Source: a virus
Lineage: Duplodnaviria > Caudoviricetes
DNA length: 42,509 bases
Direction: 5' to 3' (one strand)
IMG/VR virus record: IMGVR_UViG_3300037424_002202
Span: 1-42,509 of that record
The position numbers and the translations under genes were made by a program. Each line of letters starts with the position of its first letter. Within the stretch, counting starts at the first letter, position 1. Shown here in pieces: positions 8,545-17,849 of the stretch. A model generated the notes under the pieces. It did no database searches. It saw nothing but the letters and a program-made list of their open reading frames with translations, and had not been told where the DNA came from.

Positions 8545-8613
8545 AAATCCTTTCATTAAATTAGTGCAAATATAAGACTATCATCAGCCTTATAATACAC
8601 GTCGAAAGGATTT
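8545..8613 (-). promoter_or_regulatory. RBS-sequestering long hairpin in a 5' leader
   Basis: AAATCCTTTC pairs with GAAAGGATTT (the RBS); inner stems GTGTA/TGCAC and TATAAGGCT/AGTCTTATA. Confidence 0.55.
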
Positions 8614-8628
8614 TCGTTTAATTCAAAT

Positions 8629-8913
8629 TCACGCATCCAAATGTGCTAACGACAACAAAGACAAACGCTTGGTTTCAGGCGGAACAAGCAATTGGCTATC
8701 AATTATCCACACTTTCACATTGCCTATAGCCGGATCGAAATGTTCAAATTCCACTAAATATAAAACCGTATCCGGCACTTTATCACCATCGTCCCAAGCA
8801 ACCGCATTTTCAGCCGCTAACAGCTTACATTCTGCGCCAACCGGAATTATTCTACCATTTAAGCATATGGGCAACGTCAAAAAACAAGATGGTCTACTAC
8901 GAAATTTGACCAT
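8629..8913 (-). CDS. Hypothetical protein
   Basis: 94 aa, overlaps the upstream gene. Confidence 0.7.
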   Translation of the reverse strand: MVKFRSRPSCFLTLPICLNGRIIPVGAECKLLAAENAVAWDDGDKVPDTVLYLVEFEHFDPAIGNVKVWIIDSQLLVPPETKRLSLLSLAHLDA

Positions 8914-9043
8914 TCTCGATCCTTTCGGCTTCCTTATTCATCAATCGTTCAACCTCATCCGCCTGCAATTCAAGCTCAATACTGCCCGACACAGCAATTT
9001 TATCGAGCAATATATTGATTTCGTTACGCAATTCCTGATTCAT
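8897..9043 (-). CDS. Small hypothetical protein
   Basis: Likely start MNQELR at 9043 with AGAGGAG RBS; the longer start overlaps a terminator. Confidence 0.7.
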   Translation of the reverse strand: MNQELRNEINILLDKIAVSGSIELELQADEVERLMNKEAERIENGQIS

Positions 9044-9063
9044 AACCTTCTCCTCTTTAAAAT

Positions 9064-9085
9064 GGTGGGGAATTTCTTCCCCACC
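9064..9085 (-). terminator. Intrinsic terminator-like hairpin
   Basis: GGTGGGGAA-GAAA-TTCCCCACC followed by ATTTT. Confidence 0.65.
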
Positions 9086-9134
9086 GCCATTAGCAACCAT
9101 CGTTGGGGTACCTGTTTAACCGTCTGGTTGCCTT

Positions 9135-9521
9135 TTAAAAGATAATAAAATCCACACCAACACGCATAGTGTTCGTAGCCGCCCACAGTCTCACATTTCC
9201 CGTTTGCTTGGTAACGAACCTTAGGTAAAAGTAATATGTGTGTCCATCTCCTGCTTCTTCAACAAAATAGTCATCAATAATAAATCCACTAGCAACCGGC
9301 TCTACTCCAAATGACACATTATCTACAATGCCGCCACAATTGCTGTACATGGTCACAAACATAGTCACTGTATCACCAACAGAACAGGAATTTCCACCAA
9401 AAACCGTGATATTATTAATACCAAGCACACACGTATCATCGGAAGATGTTGGAGATGACGAGCCACCACCACATCCAACTAACAACAGCATCGCCACAAA
9501 CAATATACCAATCGTCTTCAT
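9135..9521 (-). CDS. Lipoprotein
   Basis: MKT + hydrophobic stretch + LVGC lipobox + GS-rich linker. Confidence 0.85.
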   Translation of the reverse strand: MKTIGILFVAMLLLVGCGGGSSSPTSSDDTCVLGINNITVFGGNSCSVGDTVTMFVTMYSNCGGIVDNVSFGVEPVASGFIIDDYFVEEAGDGHTYYFYLRFVTKQTGNVRLWAATNTMRVGVDFIIF

Positions 9522-9534
9522 ATCATTATCTCCT

Positions 9535-9975
9535 TTACTTAAATGAAAATGACGCGTTGATTGAAACCGTTTCTTCTGTTACTGAATAATCGCCGTACAC
9601 CTTAACTGGCCCTGACCAACCTATTCTCGACGTCAAAACACCTAAGCCGTCAGCAACCAAATCTCGAACCGAAAATCCATGCCCAACATGATCATCCTTG
9701 ATTTCCCACAAAAATCCAGCCACTAAAGACGCCACCGCTCCAACATCCTTGCCAAGCACTTTAGAGGACGTGGCCGTCAGCATTGCCGAACCATAATAAT
9801 GTTGCGCCTTGTCTGGTACCATAAACTGAATACCCATACTTGGATTTCTAAAATACCAGGGATCACCATAAACTGGTGGGGTAAAACCAAACGCCGACGT
9901 AAAAAACGAAATCGCCGTATAAACCAACGCCGTCAAAATAAGCGTGATAGCCGATTTAGGTAGGAATTTGCGCAT
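9535..9975 (-). CDS. YfiM/DUF2279-like membrane protein
   Basis: Signal peptide; DKAQH..S, G..WE..D and GFS..DL.AD..G pattern. Confidence 0.7.
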   Translation of the reverse strand: MRKFLPKSAITLILTALVYTAISFFTSAFGFTPPVYGDPWYFRNPSMGIQFMVPDKAQHYYGSAMLTATSSKVLGKDVGAVASLVAGFLWEIKDDHVGHGFSVRDLVADGLGVLTSRIGWSGPVKVYGDYSVTEETVSINASFSFK

Positions 9976-10137
9976 TTACGAAACCCTCTCCAAGATTAAT
10001 ATTTCGATGGAGTCAATAAATCCTTGGTTCAAATTTATTGAGCCGGTCTTAATGTCTTCCAGCATCAATAATATTTCCCGCGCAGTCAAATCCTGCACCT
10101 CTTGGATTTCCTTCATTATCCGATCACGCGTTTTCAT
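9976..10137 (-). CDS. 53-aa hypothetical protein (MKTRDRIMKEIQ...)
   Basis: Hand-translated; fills the gap between neighbours; stop abuts the next ATG. Confidence 0.7.
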   Translation of the reverse strand: MKTRDRIMKEIQEVQDLTAREILLMLEDIKTGSINLNQGFIDSIEILILERVS

Positions 10138-10151
10138 ATTAACCTGCTTCC

Positions 10152-10406
10152 TTACATCCTACCAACAGCACCATAATAAGCGTCATTCAACATTTTGATA
10201 GCCGTTTCGGTGGCACGCCAAATATATCCTTCGGTCGTGTTCAAATAACCAACAGTCTCAACAAAACCGGCCTTCAATGCCTCATTGGCCTGCTGCATCG
10301 TAAAACCTGCCTTCCGAATATCCTCTGACGTGCGAGCACCATTGATAAGGGCTGTCGCTATCGCCATGCCGTTATCAATCCGTTCCTGCTTCAACTGCTT
10401 CTTCAT
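10152..10406 (-). CDS. Hypothetical protein (possible winged helix)
   Basis: Start MKKQLK with AGAGGAG RBS, directly after promoter copy 2. Confidence 0.75.
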   Translation of the reverse strand: MKKQLKQERIDNGMAIATALINGARTSEDIRKAGFTMQQANEALKAGFVETVGYLNTTEGYIWRATETAIKMLNDAYYGAVGRM

Positions 10407-10438
10407 CGTCGTAATCTCCTCTCTCCACATAAATAAAT

Positions 10439-10455
10439 AGCATAAAACGTGCCAA
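10439..10455 (-). promoter_or_regulatory. Sigma-54-type -24/-12 promoter, copy 2
   Basis: TTGGCACGTTTTATGCT; 26-bp block 10430-10455 is identical to 7607-7632. Confidence 0.75.
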
Positions 10456-10479
10456 CTGGTAAGCTGACAAATATAACAA

Positions 10480-10500
10480 AACCCGCGTCGTGGGCGGGTT
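10480..10500 (-). terminator. Terminator closing the replication gene block
   Basis: AACCCGC/GCGGGTT stem followed by TTGTTATATTT on the minus strand. Confidence 0.65.
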
Positions 10501-10507
10501 GTGATAG

Positions 10508-10546
10508 TGCAAAAATTTGCAAATATTAAAATATATGCAAAATTAT
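10508..10546. promoter_or_regulatory. Putative enhancer boxes, copy 2
   Basis: TGCAAAAATTTGCA and TATGCAAAATTAT, 53 and 79 bp from the promoter edge (52 and 77 in copy 1). Confidence 0.55.
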
Positions 10547-10563
10547 AGGATTAAAACCACAGA

Positions 10564-11067
10564 TTATATAGCTGGTCGCAATATGTTTATAATTTCATCA
10601 GCAGACAATGGGGTATGTTTCCAATTAACCATCCCAACATCAACCACGCCTTGCATCGGAGCAGCCTTACCATGTGAATGGCCGTGCAAATGATATATGA
10701 AGCGATTTTTCCCTACCCATTCATGTATTCGACGGTGGCGTAAATAAAAGCCATACCCATCACCTACCCAAAAATGATCATCCTGAACCCATTCGAAATA
10801 TTTCTTCCAAAATCCGGTTTTCCCCCTATCGTGATTGCCCCGAATCAAAAATTTGTGACCATTCAGCCGGTTAACCCATTCCCCAATATCCTTACCAAAA
10901 CCAACATCGCCTAAGTGATAAACATAATCGTCCGGCGCAATTTTCGAGTTCCAATTACTAACGATGGTTTCATTCATTTCTTCTACTGAAACAAATGTTA
11001 AATAATCATATTCAATAACTTTTTTATGTGAAAAATGCGTGTCTGCAGTAAAGAAAGAGCGTATCAT
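10564..11067 (-). CDS. Calcineurin-like metallophosphoesterase
   Basis: DTH, HLGD, GNHD and HGHSH motifs. Confidence 0.92.
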   Translation of the reverse strand: MIRSFFTADTHFSHKKVIEYDYLTFVSVEEMNETIVSNWNSKIAPDDYVYHLGDVGFGKDIGEWVNRLNGHKFLIRGNHDRGKTGFWKKYFEWVQDDHFWVGDGYGFYLRHRRIHEWVGKNRFIYHLHGHSHGKAAPMQGVVDVGMVNWKHTPLSADEIINILRPAI

Positions 11068-11068
11068 A

Positions 11069-11491
11069 CTAAATAGAGATTAAAGCATCGACTATTAAAT
11101 TAATTTCCTGCAAATCATCGTATTTTAAGTTTTCTTTATCACGCATCAAATCTAAAGCAGTGAAAACCTTCTTAAATTGAATTGGGTTCTTACCCGATTT
11201 TCGTATTTTATTTAATATTTGTTTTTCAAAAACATCCACCATATCCGCAACCGTGTTCTTCTTTATAGAGGATTCATCAGTCTCTCCACGTACCGCTTTC
11301 TCAAATTGGTCTGGTGTCCAAGATTTTCTACAAGCATAACAAAACGCTTGATTCTGATCAATATCTAATTTCATTGATGGAGTAGAATCTGGATGAAAAG
11401 GACACAAAACCATCTGACTTTGACTTGATGGACGAGTTAGCTCACCAATTAAAGCATGAAACATTTCAGTAATTAAAATATCAGAACCCAT
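11069..11491 (-). CDS. Stand-alone primase-type CHC2 zinc finger protein
   Basis: CPFHPDSTPSM..FCYAC; no TOPRIM domain; likely start MGSDIL with AAGGAG RBS. Confidence 0.85.
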   Translation of the reverse strand: MGSDILITEMFHALIGELTRPSSQSQMVLCPFHPDSTPSMKLDIDQNQAFCYACRKSWTPDQFEKAVRGETDESSIKKNTVADMVDVFEKQILNKIRKSGKNPIQFKKVFTALDLMRDKENLKYDDLQEINLIVDALISI

Positions 11492-12977
11492 ATTTACTCC
11501 TTGCATATTCCATATTAGCCAAAAACGAACACTCAAGCTTGGTTCCCATACAAAAAGGTCTACCTAAAGAACCCTCTCTATTTTTCAAAAAGCCTACCCG
11601 AATTTGGGCTTTTTGACGGTGTTCATCATTAAGCATCAACCAAAGAGCAACGTCCGCGCTTTTCTCCGCTTCTGCTGTACCGGCCAATGAACGAGCACTG
11701 TACGGAACAACAGAGTCTTTGTCTCTATTTTTTGGACCAGTTAATTTATCCGCTTCACTTTTACCAGTACGGTTAATTTGATGAGCCGTCACAACTGCTA
11801 ATTGTTCACGTGTTCCAAAATCAAGAGCCAACATTTTACAGGCTCGAATCTTTGAAGCCATCATTTCATTAGTATCATTCGTTCGAACATGCGACGCAAA
11901 CAACAAAGCGTAATCAATGAAAATAGCGTCAATTTTGCGCTCTCTATTCTTCATCGACAAATAATCATTTAAGTCAGGAATTGTCATTTTACCGGGAACC
12001 TGTAGAACATCGAGCAATCCATACTCACCAGATTTATATCCATTCTTTAAATCATCCATTGTAGCCCTAAGAAATCTTTCTGCTTTCGTTCCATCATCTC
12101 TATCGGATTTAAATATTGACGCTACGCGACCATCACGAATTGCCCTATATGGAATTGCTTCGTGTTTTAAATCCACCTTCGCTTGCCATAACTCATTGCA
12201 AGAGTGGCGCGAAACCAGCATATTCTCAATTTGTCGTTTCGTCATTTCAGCAGTAGCATAAACAACATTTTTGCCCTGCATAACCGCTAAATTATAAGCC
12301 AAGCACCGCAACATCGTGCTTTTGCCTTCGCCCATATAAGCCGCAATAACCCAAAATTCACCACCAGCCATACCACCAGTTTCATGATCAATCATATTAA
12401 TACCAGTTGCCATTCGACCAGTAATTTCACCTTGTGGACTTAGGGTCTTTTTTACAGCGTGGTAACGATCCCACAACTTATCCACATCATCAAATAAATT
12501 TCCAGAGGAATCTGATGCATTCTGAACATCGAGAATTTTTTGACGCTGCTCGTTCAAATATTGCCACGCAGAATCAATGCCCTTTAATTCAATTTTCCCT
12601 TTGCGGTAGCCTGAAACAACAATTTCCTGAGCGACCTTAGTTGATTGAAGCGTAGCGCGTTCTATCCATCTATCCCTTAGCGATTGTAACGCTGTATCAA
12701 ACAACGTAACATCACCCCTATAGCCGCGTAATTCATCAATTGCAATTCGAGCCGCGAAAGCCGGTCCTGTATCCTGTGATTTTACCTCATGCTCAAGCAC
12801 GTCATATGCTGGAATTTTATTTGATTCAGAGTATTTACGTATTAATTCAAATAAAGCCCCTTGCGCTACCTCAAATGGATTATAGCCTTTAAAAGTAAGA
12901 TTAAATTTTTCCCAATATTTGCGTTCAGGATCGTGCGTCAACCAAAACAACACTTCATTGGTTAGATCGTAAGCCAT
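11481..12977 (-). CDS. dnaB: DnaB-like replicative helicase
   Basis: TG...ID...GG...G, Walker A AAYMGEGKST, TAEM, FIDY, HQINR, ADVAL, KNREG; likely start MAYDL. Confidence 0.9.
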   Translation of the reverse strand: MAYDLTNEVLFWLTHDPERKYWEKFNLTFKGYNPFEVAQGALFELIRKYSESNKIPAYDVLEHEVKSQDTGPAFAARIAIDELRGYRGDVTLFDTALQSLRDRWIERATLQSTKVAQEIVVSGYRKGKIELKGIDSAWQYLNEQRQKILDVQNASDSSGNLFDDVDKLWDRYHAVKKTLSPQGEITGRMATGINMIDHETGGMAGGEFWVIAAYMGEGKSTMLRCLAYNLAVMQGKNVVYATAEMTKRQIENMLVSRHSCNELWQAKVDLKHEAIPYRAIRDGRVASIFKSDRDDGTKAERFLRATMDDLKNGYKSGEYGLLDVLQVPGKMTIPDLNDYLSMKNRERKIDAIFIDYALLFASHVRTNDTNEMMASKIRACKMLALDFGTREQLAVVTAHQINRTGKSEADKLTGPKNRDKDSVVPYSARSLAGTAEAEKSADVALWLMLNDEHRQKAQIRVGFLKNREGSLGRPFCMGTKLECSFLANMEYARSKYGF

Positions 12978-13536
12978 GCATCTCCTTTGGAACAACATCA
13001 ACAGCATAAATCAACGGCAATTTTCTCAGCATCGCACCAAAATTACAATCTTCGGTCATATAATAGGAATACAATTTAGGATCCCCAATGGGGGAAATAA
13101 AATAGGTAGGTAATCCGGCATGTTGCCTATGCAACAAAACCTCTGAACCTACCAAACATATGCCACGTACAAAGCGTTCTCCATCTTCCTTTAATCGTAC
13201 AATCAAAACATCGTGCTCATAAACATTGAAACGTGCCTGATTTGCGTTCAGCGTCAAATCAGCAATTATTTGTGCTGAAATTGTTTCAATGTTATTGTTT
13301 GTGTCTTCAAACACAAACTTATGAATGATTGAATTTACTACCACATTAATTGCCTGGCCTTCACCAACAAACACAGCGAAAGGCGGAATTTCAATATTTT
13401 CTATATAGGGAACGTTTGGCTTCCCACTAAATTTCTGATAAATTCGTTCTTTTAAGCACTCACATTCTTTAAACGTTCCGTTTTCGTTTTGTATTAGATT
13501 CGGAATCATTGAATTTTTGCATTTATCACAGGGCAT
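12955..13536 (-). CDS. Degenerate DnaC-like helicase loader
   Basis: N-terminal CxxC..CxC, position next to DnaB, R..AGLPT..IS; no intact Walker A. Confidence 0.55.
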   Translation of the reverse strand: MPCDKCKNSMIPNLIQNENGTFKECECLKERIYQKFSGKPNVPYIENIEIPPFAVFVGEGQAINVVVNSIIHKFVFEDTNNNIETISAQIIADLTLNANQARFNVYEHDVLIVRLKEDGERFVRGICLVGSEVLLHRQHAGLPTYFISPIGDPKLYSYYMTEDCNFGAMLRKLPLIYAVDVVPKEMHGLRSNQ

Positions 13537-13663
13537 TTTGTTCCCCCTTAATGTAACCCCGTTTGTTCACTCTCAGGCTGATTTCTTTTTTAAAGAAAAT
13601 AGAAGGAAGGAAGCGTAATCTTTTTTCACGCACAGTACACTCGAAAACACATTCACTTAGCAT
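13526..13663 (-). CDS. Small hypothetical protein
   Basis: Likely start MLSECVF overlapping the endonuclease stop; ends overlapping the next start. Confidence 0.5.
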   Translation of the reverse strand: MLSECVFECTVREKRLRFLPSIFFKKEISLRVNKRGYIKGEQNAL

Positions 13664-14090
13664 TTTTTCTTTGTTTTCTCGAATTTTCCAAATAGTCTGC
13701 TGCTTTACGCAATAACTGTGAGTCATCAAAAAAACACCCTAAACCTTGGTTTAATTGGCAATGAATCAATCCACGAATCTCACCAGTTTCATGGTCATGA
13801 TCAACTGCGAGTTTCTTTCCGGTTTCCTCTGGTGTTAAACCAGATATGGCGCACACACCACCTTGTTCTTTCAATATTTGGTTGTATCGCTCTAAATTAA
13901 CGCCATACAGCCTTTGTAAAGAACGTTCCCGACCATCTAGTATTTTCTTTGTTACGTTCTTACGATACCATTTTCTGTTCTGCAATTTCCCACATTCTTT
14001 ACAAATATACCCTAATTTATCCGGATTTGTTTTATTTTTATTAAATTCGTTTTTTGGCTTATACCGTTTACAGGCAGAGCACCACTTCAT
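13653..14090 (-). CDS. Endonuclease VII-type homing endonuclease with altered zinc ligands
   Basis: N-terminal CxxC..CxxC; VDHDHETGEIRGL; CAIS and LIHCQLN replace the usual CAIC and LLCxxCN. Confidence 0.88.
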   Translation of the reverse strand: MKWCSACKRYKPKNEFNKNKTNPDKLGYICKECGKLQNRKWYRKNVTKKILDGRERSLQRLYGVNLERYNQILKEQGGVCAISGLTPEETGKKLAVDHDHETGEIRGLIHCQLNQGLGCFFDDSQLLRKAADYLENSRKQRKNAK

Positions 14091-15766
14091 TGCCGCACTC
14101 TTTTACTATTGGCAATCAATTCTAACAATCCAACACTAAAATTCTCGTCCACTTGCTCAACATCCCCTATAAGATCTTTTACGCCAAAGACAGCTTCAAT
14201 CGTTAATTTCTTTCGTTTTAGAATTTCAAATACATGTTCATCAAAAGTGTGCTCTGCAATAAAATAACACACAACCACATGCTGAAATTCCGAACCAACA
14301 CGGCGAATTCGGCCAACAACTTGGCCCAATTCTCCAAAAGAAAACGGCATATCAATCAAAAACAAAGCGCGTGCCGCCTGTAGATTTAAGCCCATTCCAC
14401 CAGCGCGTGTCATCAGCATTACTCTACAATTAGGATCGGTAGAAAATTTGATTTTATTTTGTTCGCGTGTCGCCTGATCCTCAAGACCAGTAATTCTAAC
14501 TGGATTAAATTGTCGCAAAGCGCGTTCCAATTCATCAATATATGTACGGAATTTTGAAAATATAACAATCTTTTCACCTTCAAATTCGTTCTCCAATAAA
14601 CGAATAATTTCGTCTAATTTAGGATTGTCTGCAAATCGATCTTTAACGTTGGGGTCAAAAAAGCGCACACCATTAATTGCTTTTTGCATTTGCAACATTT
14701 TTGTCAGTATATTTTGTGGCCGATCCATCGTAGTCAATTTTAAATTGCCCGTTATCTCTTGAAATAACGCCGTACCAAGTAAATCATTTTCAATCGCTTC
14801 GTAAATTTTGCGTTGGTTTTCGCTTAATTTAATAGTAATTCGTTTCTCGATCAATTGCGGCAATTGTGCTCCTAAATCAGAATAATTTCTACCAAGATAA
14901 TGGGGCTTAATCCGTTCTTTCAATAGATTTAAATTTTTACCGCCATCATACACATAAATTTCGCCACCACCGGATGTGCGGACCAAACGCTGTTTGGTAA
15001 ACAATCCCTTAAACTGGCTTACACCTAAATACTCTTTCCGATTTCCGTAATTATCAATTCGAGTAATGCCAAACAATTTAGGCGTTATGACCGAATAAAT
15101 TCCAAAGACTTCCATTGGATTATTACTCATTGCATAGGCTGTCAATGCCCACGCGTATTTAGCTTTTGCGGCAACGGTCTTAGCAGCCTGAAACACAGCC
15201 GTTTGATAATTCTTAAAAATCGCCGCCTCATCAAATATAACAATATCAAATCCACATCGCTCAAGCCAACCTTTACGCTGCTTTATTTTCGTTCCTAATG
15301 TTTTCGTTCCTTTGCGTGGACGTGTCTTTGCTTCATATGAGGTATCATTGCGCAACAAAGAATAATTAATTATAACAATATCACGTGGCTGACTTTCTGT
15401 ACAAATACGCCAACGTTCAACAGGTGGATACTCAGCAGTAACTACAACCGGCCTGAATCCACATAAGAATTTTTGTATTTCCGATTGCCATTGTAATACA
15501 GTGGAATTAACCGTTACGACAAGCACTTTAGGATTGGGTAATTGTTTAGCGTGTACTGTTGCTACTGCTAACAACGCCTGAATCGTCTTTCCAGAGCCAG
15601 TTGCATCACCAAGCAAACCGCGATTCTTTACATAAAGAAAGGCAGCCCCTTGATATTGGTAGCTGTACGGTTCACCTATAAAAGTTTTAGGTAGCGGAAA
15701 TTTATCCGGTAATTGTAATTCTGGCTTTTTTACCGGTACTACATCATCATCTAATAATTCGGCCAT
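14087..15766 (-). CDS. SNF2-family (SF2) helicase/ATPase
   Basis: TGSGKT, FDEA, KIVIFS, GGMGLNLQAA, QVVGRIRRVG. Confidence 0.93.
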   Translation of the reverse strand: MAELLDDDVVPVKKPELQLPDKFPLPKTFIGEPYSYQYQGAAFLYVKNRGLLGDATGSGKTIQALLAVATVHAKQLPNPKVLVVTVNSTVLQWQSEIQKFLCGFRPVVVTAEYPPVERWRICTESQPRDIVIINYSLLRNDTSYEAKTRPRKGTKTLGTKIKQRKGWLERCGFDIVIFDEAAIFKNYQTAVFQAAKTVAAKAKYAWALTAYAMSNNPMEVFGIYSVITPKLFGITRIDNYGNRKEYLGVSQFKGLFTKQRLVRTSGGGEIYVYDGGKNLNLLKERIKPHYLGRNYSDLGAQLPQLIEKRITIKLSENQRKIYEAIENDLLGTALFQEITGNLKLTTMDRPQNILTKMLQMQKAINGVRFFDPNVKDRFADNPKLDEIIRLLENEFEGEKIVIFSKFRTYIDELERALRQFNPVRITGLEDQATREQNKIKFSTDPNCRVMLMTRAGGMGLNLQAARALFLIDMPFSFGELGQVVGRIRRVGSEFQHVVVCYFIAEHTFDEHVFEILKRKKLTIEAVFGVKDLIGDVEQVDENFSVGLLELIANSKRVRQ

Positions 15767-15826
15767 TACTCTTATTACACGTCAGCGAATTTGGGATTGA
15801 AAAACCGTTCTATAAAATAAATACAA

Positions 15827-15855
15827 AGCAGGCCACCTGAATCAAGTGGCCTGCT
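15827..15855 (-). terminator. Terminator at the end of the tail module
   Basis: AGCAGGCCAC/GTGGCCTGCT stem followed by TTGTATTTATTTT. Confidence 0.8.
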
Positions 15856-15959
15856 CTTGGCGACAAGGAGAAACCTACGCAACACACGATCTTCCGAACA
15901 CCGATTTTATACACACAGGAATTTAAATTTTTTAATTCAATTTCAGATTTCCAAGTGTG

Positions 15960-17849
15960 CTATTCTTGAGCGGCTACTACCGAGGAAATAAATTCGCCTT
16001 CCTTAAACGCAATGGTAATATATCCCGAAACAATGGGATAAGTCGTGGGGGGGCTAGAATCCCACAGACTGTCCCATGCGTCCACCACCAAAATAGACGC
16101 ATTTGGAATAATTAATGAAGCAACTTGGTCCTTAAGACCAACAGCATTGGGAACAACATTCACAACCGACGATTCATCGCCCATACGGTAAACTCTAACT
16201 TTGCCATCATTAACACCACCGGCGCACGGAGTACCACATGTAAACGCCGTTACATAAACAGCCAATCGAATGATTTCTACTCCACTTTCAAGAGGAATCT
16301 GAAGAATCAATCGCTCAGCCTTTGTATCGTCTGATGCAGCCTTAGAAAAATAAATCGGACCAAGGTATTTAATGTTATCTTCTAAGCCAATACCACCACA
16401 AATCGCATCGTCATGCTGTGCGTTTTCGGACACCTGACCAGCACCATCGATCGCACGAACACCTACATTAATTGTCTGGCCAGCAAGTCCTTTCAATAAA
16501 ATCGATGTATTTGATGTGGATGTCACATAATGGCGTGGATTACCAAAATCAGCAATGGTATTATCAGTATTGAAAACAATTTCATACAACGCCGCTCCTG
16601 GTACGGCTGCCCACGTGACCTGCACACCATAATTTACCGTCTTGGCCGTAACTGGAGACATTACCAACTGGGTAGCTGTAGCAGTTTCAACGGCAGCAGC
16701 CGCCGAAAATTTACTGACCAAATCATTATCAGCACCTTTAGCGGCCACATAGACATTGTACGTGACACCGGCAGGCAATCCGGAAAATTCTGTGGACATT
16801 TGCGTTGCATAAACATTGTCACCGGCAACGCCTTTCACAGAAACCGTTTTCTCTTGCGCACGGTTCCACTGGATGGTCGCATTTAATACCGGAACAAGGA
16901 CCACAATATATTCCTCAGCGTTCGGGCCAAGAACGAACGCACCAGTAATTGGAGTACCGACAACGGTCAATTCCGTTGATGTGTTGGCCGTTACCTCAAA
17001 TTCGTTACCGGCTGCATCAATAAGAGTATACCCAACCCATTCATTTGTAGTATAGCCACCGACACGATTGGTGCTAATAGTCAACTTGTTAGTCGTACCA
17101 ACGCCTGTTCCCACATCCCCCCAACGCACTTGCACAAAATTGGTTCGTGGCCTGTACGCTTGGAACCCAAGATTAGTATCATCCTGAATATCCTGCTCAT
17201 CATAACCTGTAGACACCGTAACACGAGAAGGCGTCTCAGGAGCATCGGCCTTGTGCGCCGTATTTTCAATCATTGAATCTAAAATCGATGCGCCCGTAGT
17301 ACGTGTTAAGACCGCCAACTTCAAACGCTTAATGGTGGATGTGCTAGCCGGTGTTGTTGATCCCTCGGCAACTTTCACCAAAGCCCGTTGCTGTAATCTA
17401 CGAGACGATTCTATCTGACCACTTGGTGTTTGGAGAGCAATATTCACATCGTCAGATACGCCCTTCTCTGTTTCATCAATTTCAAGATAAATTTCGTCAG
17501 TACGAGTACCCGATCCAGGTGGAGTAAGAGCGGAAAAACTACTTTGAGACGTATAATCAATATCCGCCGACAAAATAACAAGCCAACCGGCCACAATAGC
17601 TTCACCCGCTTTAATAGTGAAATTGTTATTTGGGGAACCGGGCTTTTCGATAATTTGAAACCCATAATAACCAGTGGTTGAATTTCTAAAGGTCTTGGAT
17701 GTTTGCACCAAAGTTACGGTCCGGCGCAACTCATTTCGCAAAATGTCTTGGCACTCATTAAATTCGGAATCGACACCAGGTGTGCCTTGAAATTTTACGA
17801 CTTTAGTATATCGCTTTGTGTCATCAAATGTATCTCTGCTAATTCCCAC
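15960..17849 (-). CDS. Tail fibre/baseplate-associated protein: DUF6519-like N-terminus plus FN3-like domains
   Basis: SRDTFD..K.YTKV..QG....DSEFNE start, NNFTIKAG; FN3-like TYNVYVAA and VTWAAVPGAALYEI. Confidence 0.75.
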   Translation of the reverse strand: MGISRDTFDDTKRYTKVVKFQGTPGVDSEFNECQDILRNELRRTVTLVQTSKTFRNSTTGYYGFQIIEKPGSPNNNFTIKAGEAIVAGWLVILSADIDYTSQSSFSALTPPGSGTRTDEIYLEIDETEKGVSDDVNIALQTPSGQIESSRRLQQRALVKVAEGSTTPASTSTIKRLKLAVLTRTTGASILDSMIENTAHKADAPETPSRVTVSTGYDEQDIQDDTNLGFQAYRPRTNFVQVRWGDVGTGVGTTNKLTISTNRVGGYTTNEWVGYTLIDAAGNEFEVTANTSTELTVVGTPITGAFVLGPNAEEYIVVLVPVLNATIQWNRAQEKTVSVKGVAGDNVYATQMSTEFSGLPAGVTYNVYVAAKGADNDLVSKFSAAAAVETATATQLVMSPVTAKTVNYGVQVTWAAVPGAALYEIVFNTDNTIADFGNPRHYVTSTSNTSILLKGLAGQTINVGVRAIDGAGQVSENAQHDDAICGGIGLEDNIKYLGPIYFSKAASDDTKAERLILQIPLESGVEIIRLAVYVTAFTCGTPCAGGVNDGKVRVYRMGDESSVVNVVPNAVGLKDQVASLIIPNASILVVDAWDSLWDSSPPTTYPIVSGYITIAFKEGEFISSVVAAQE

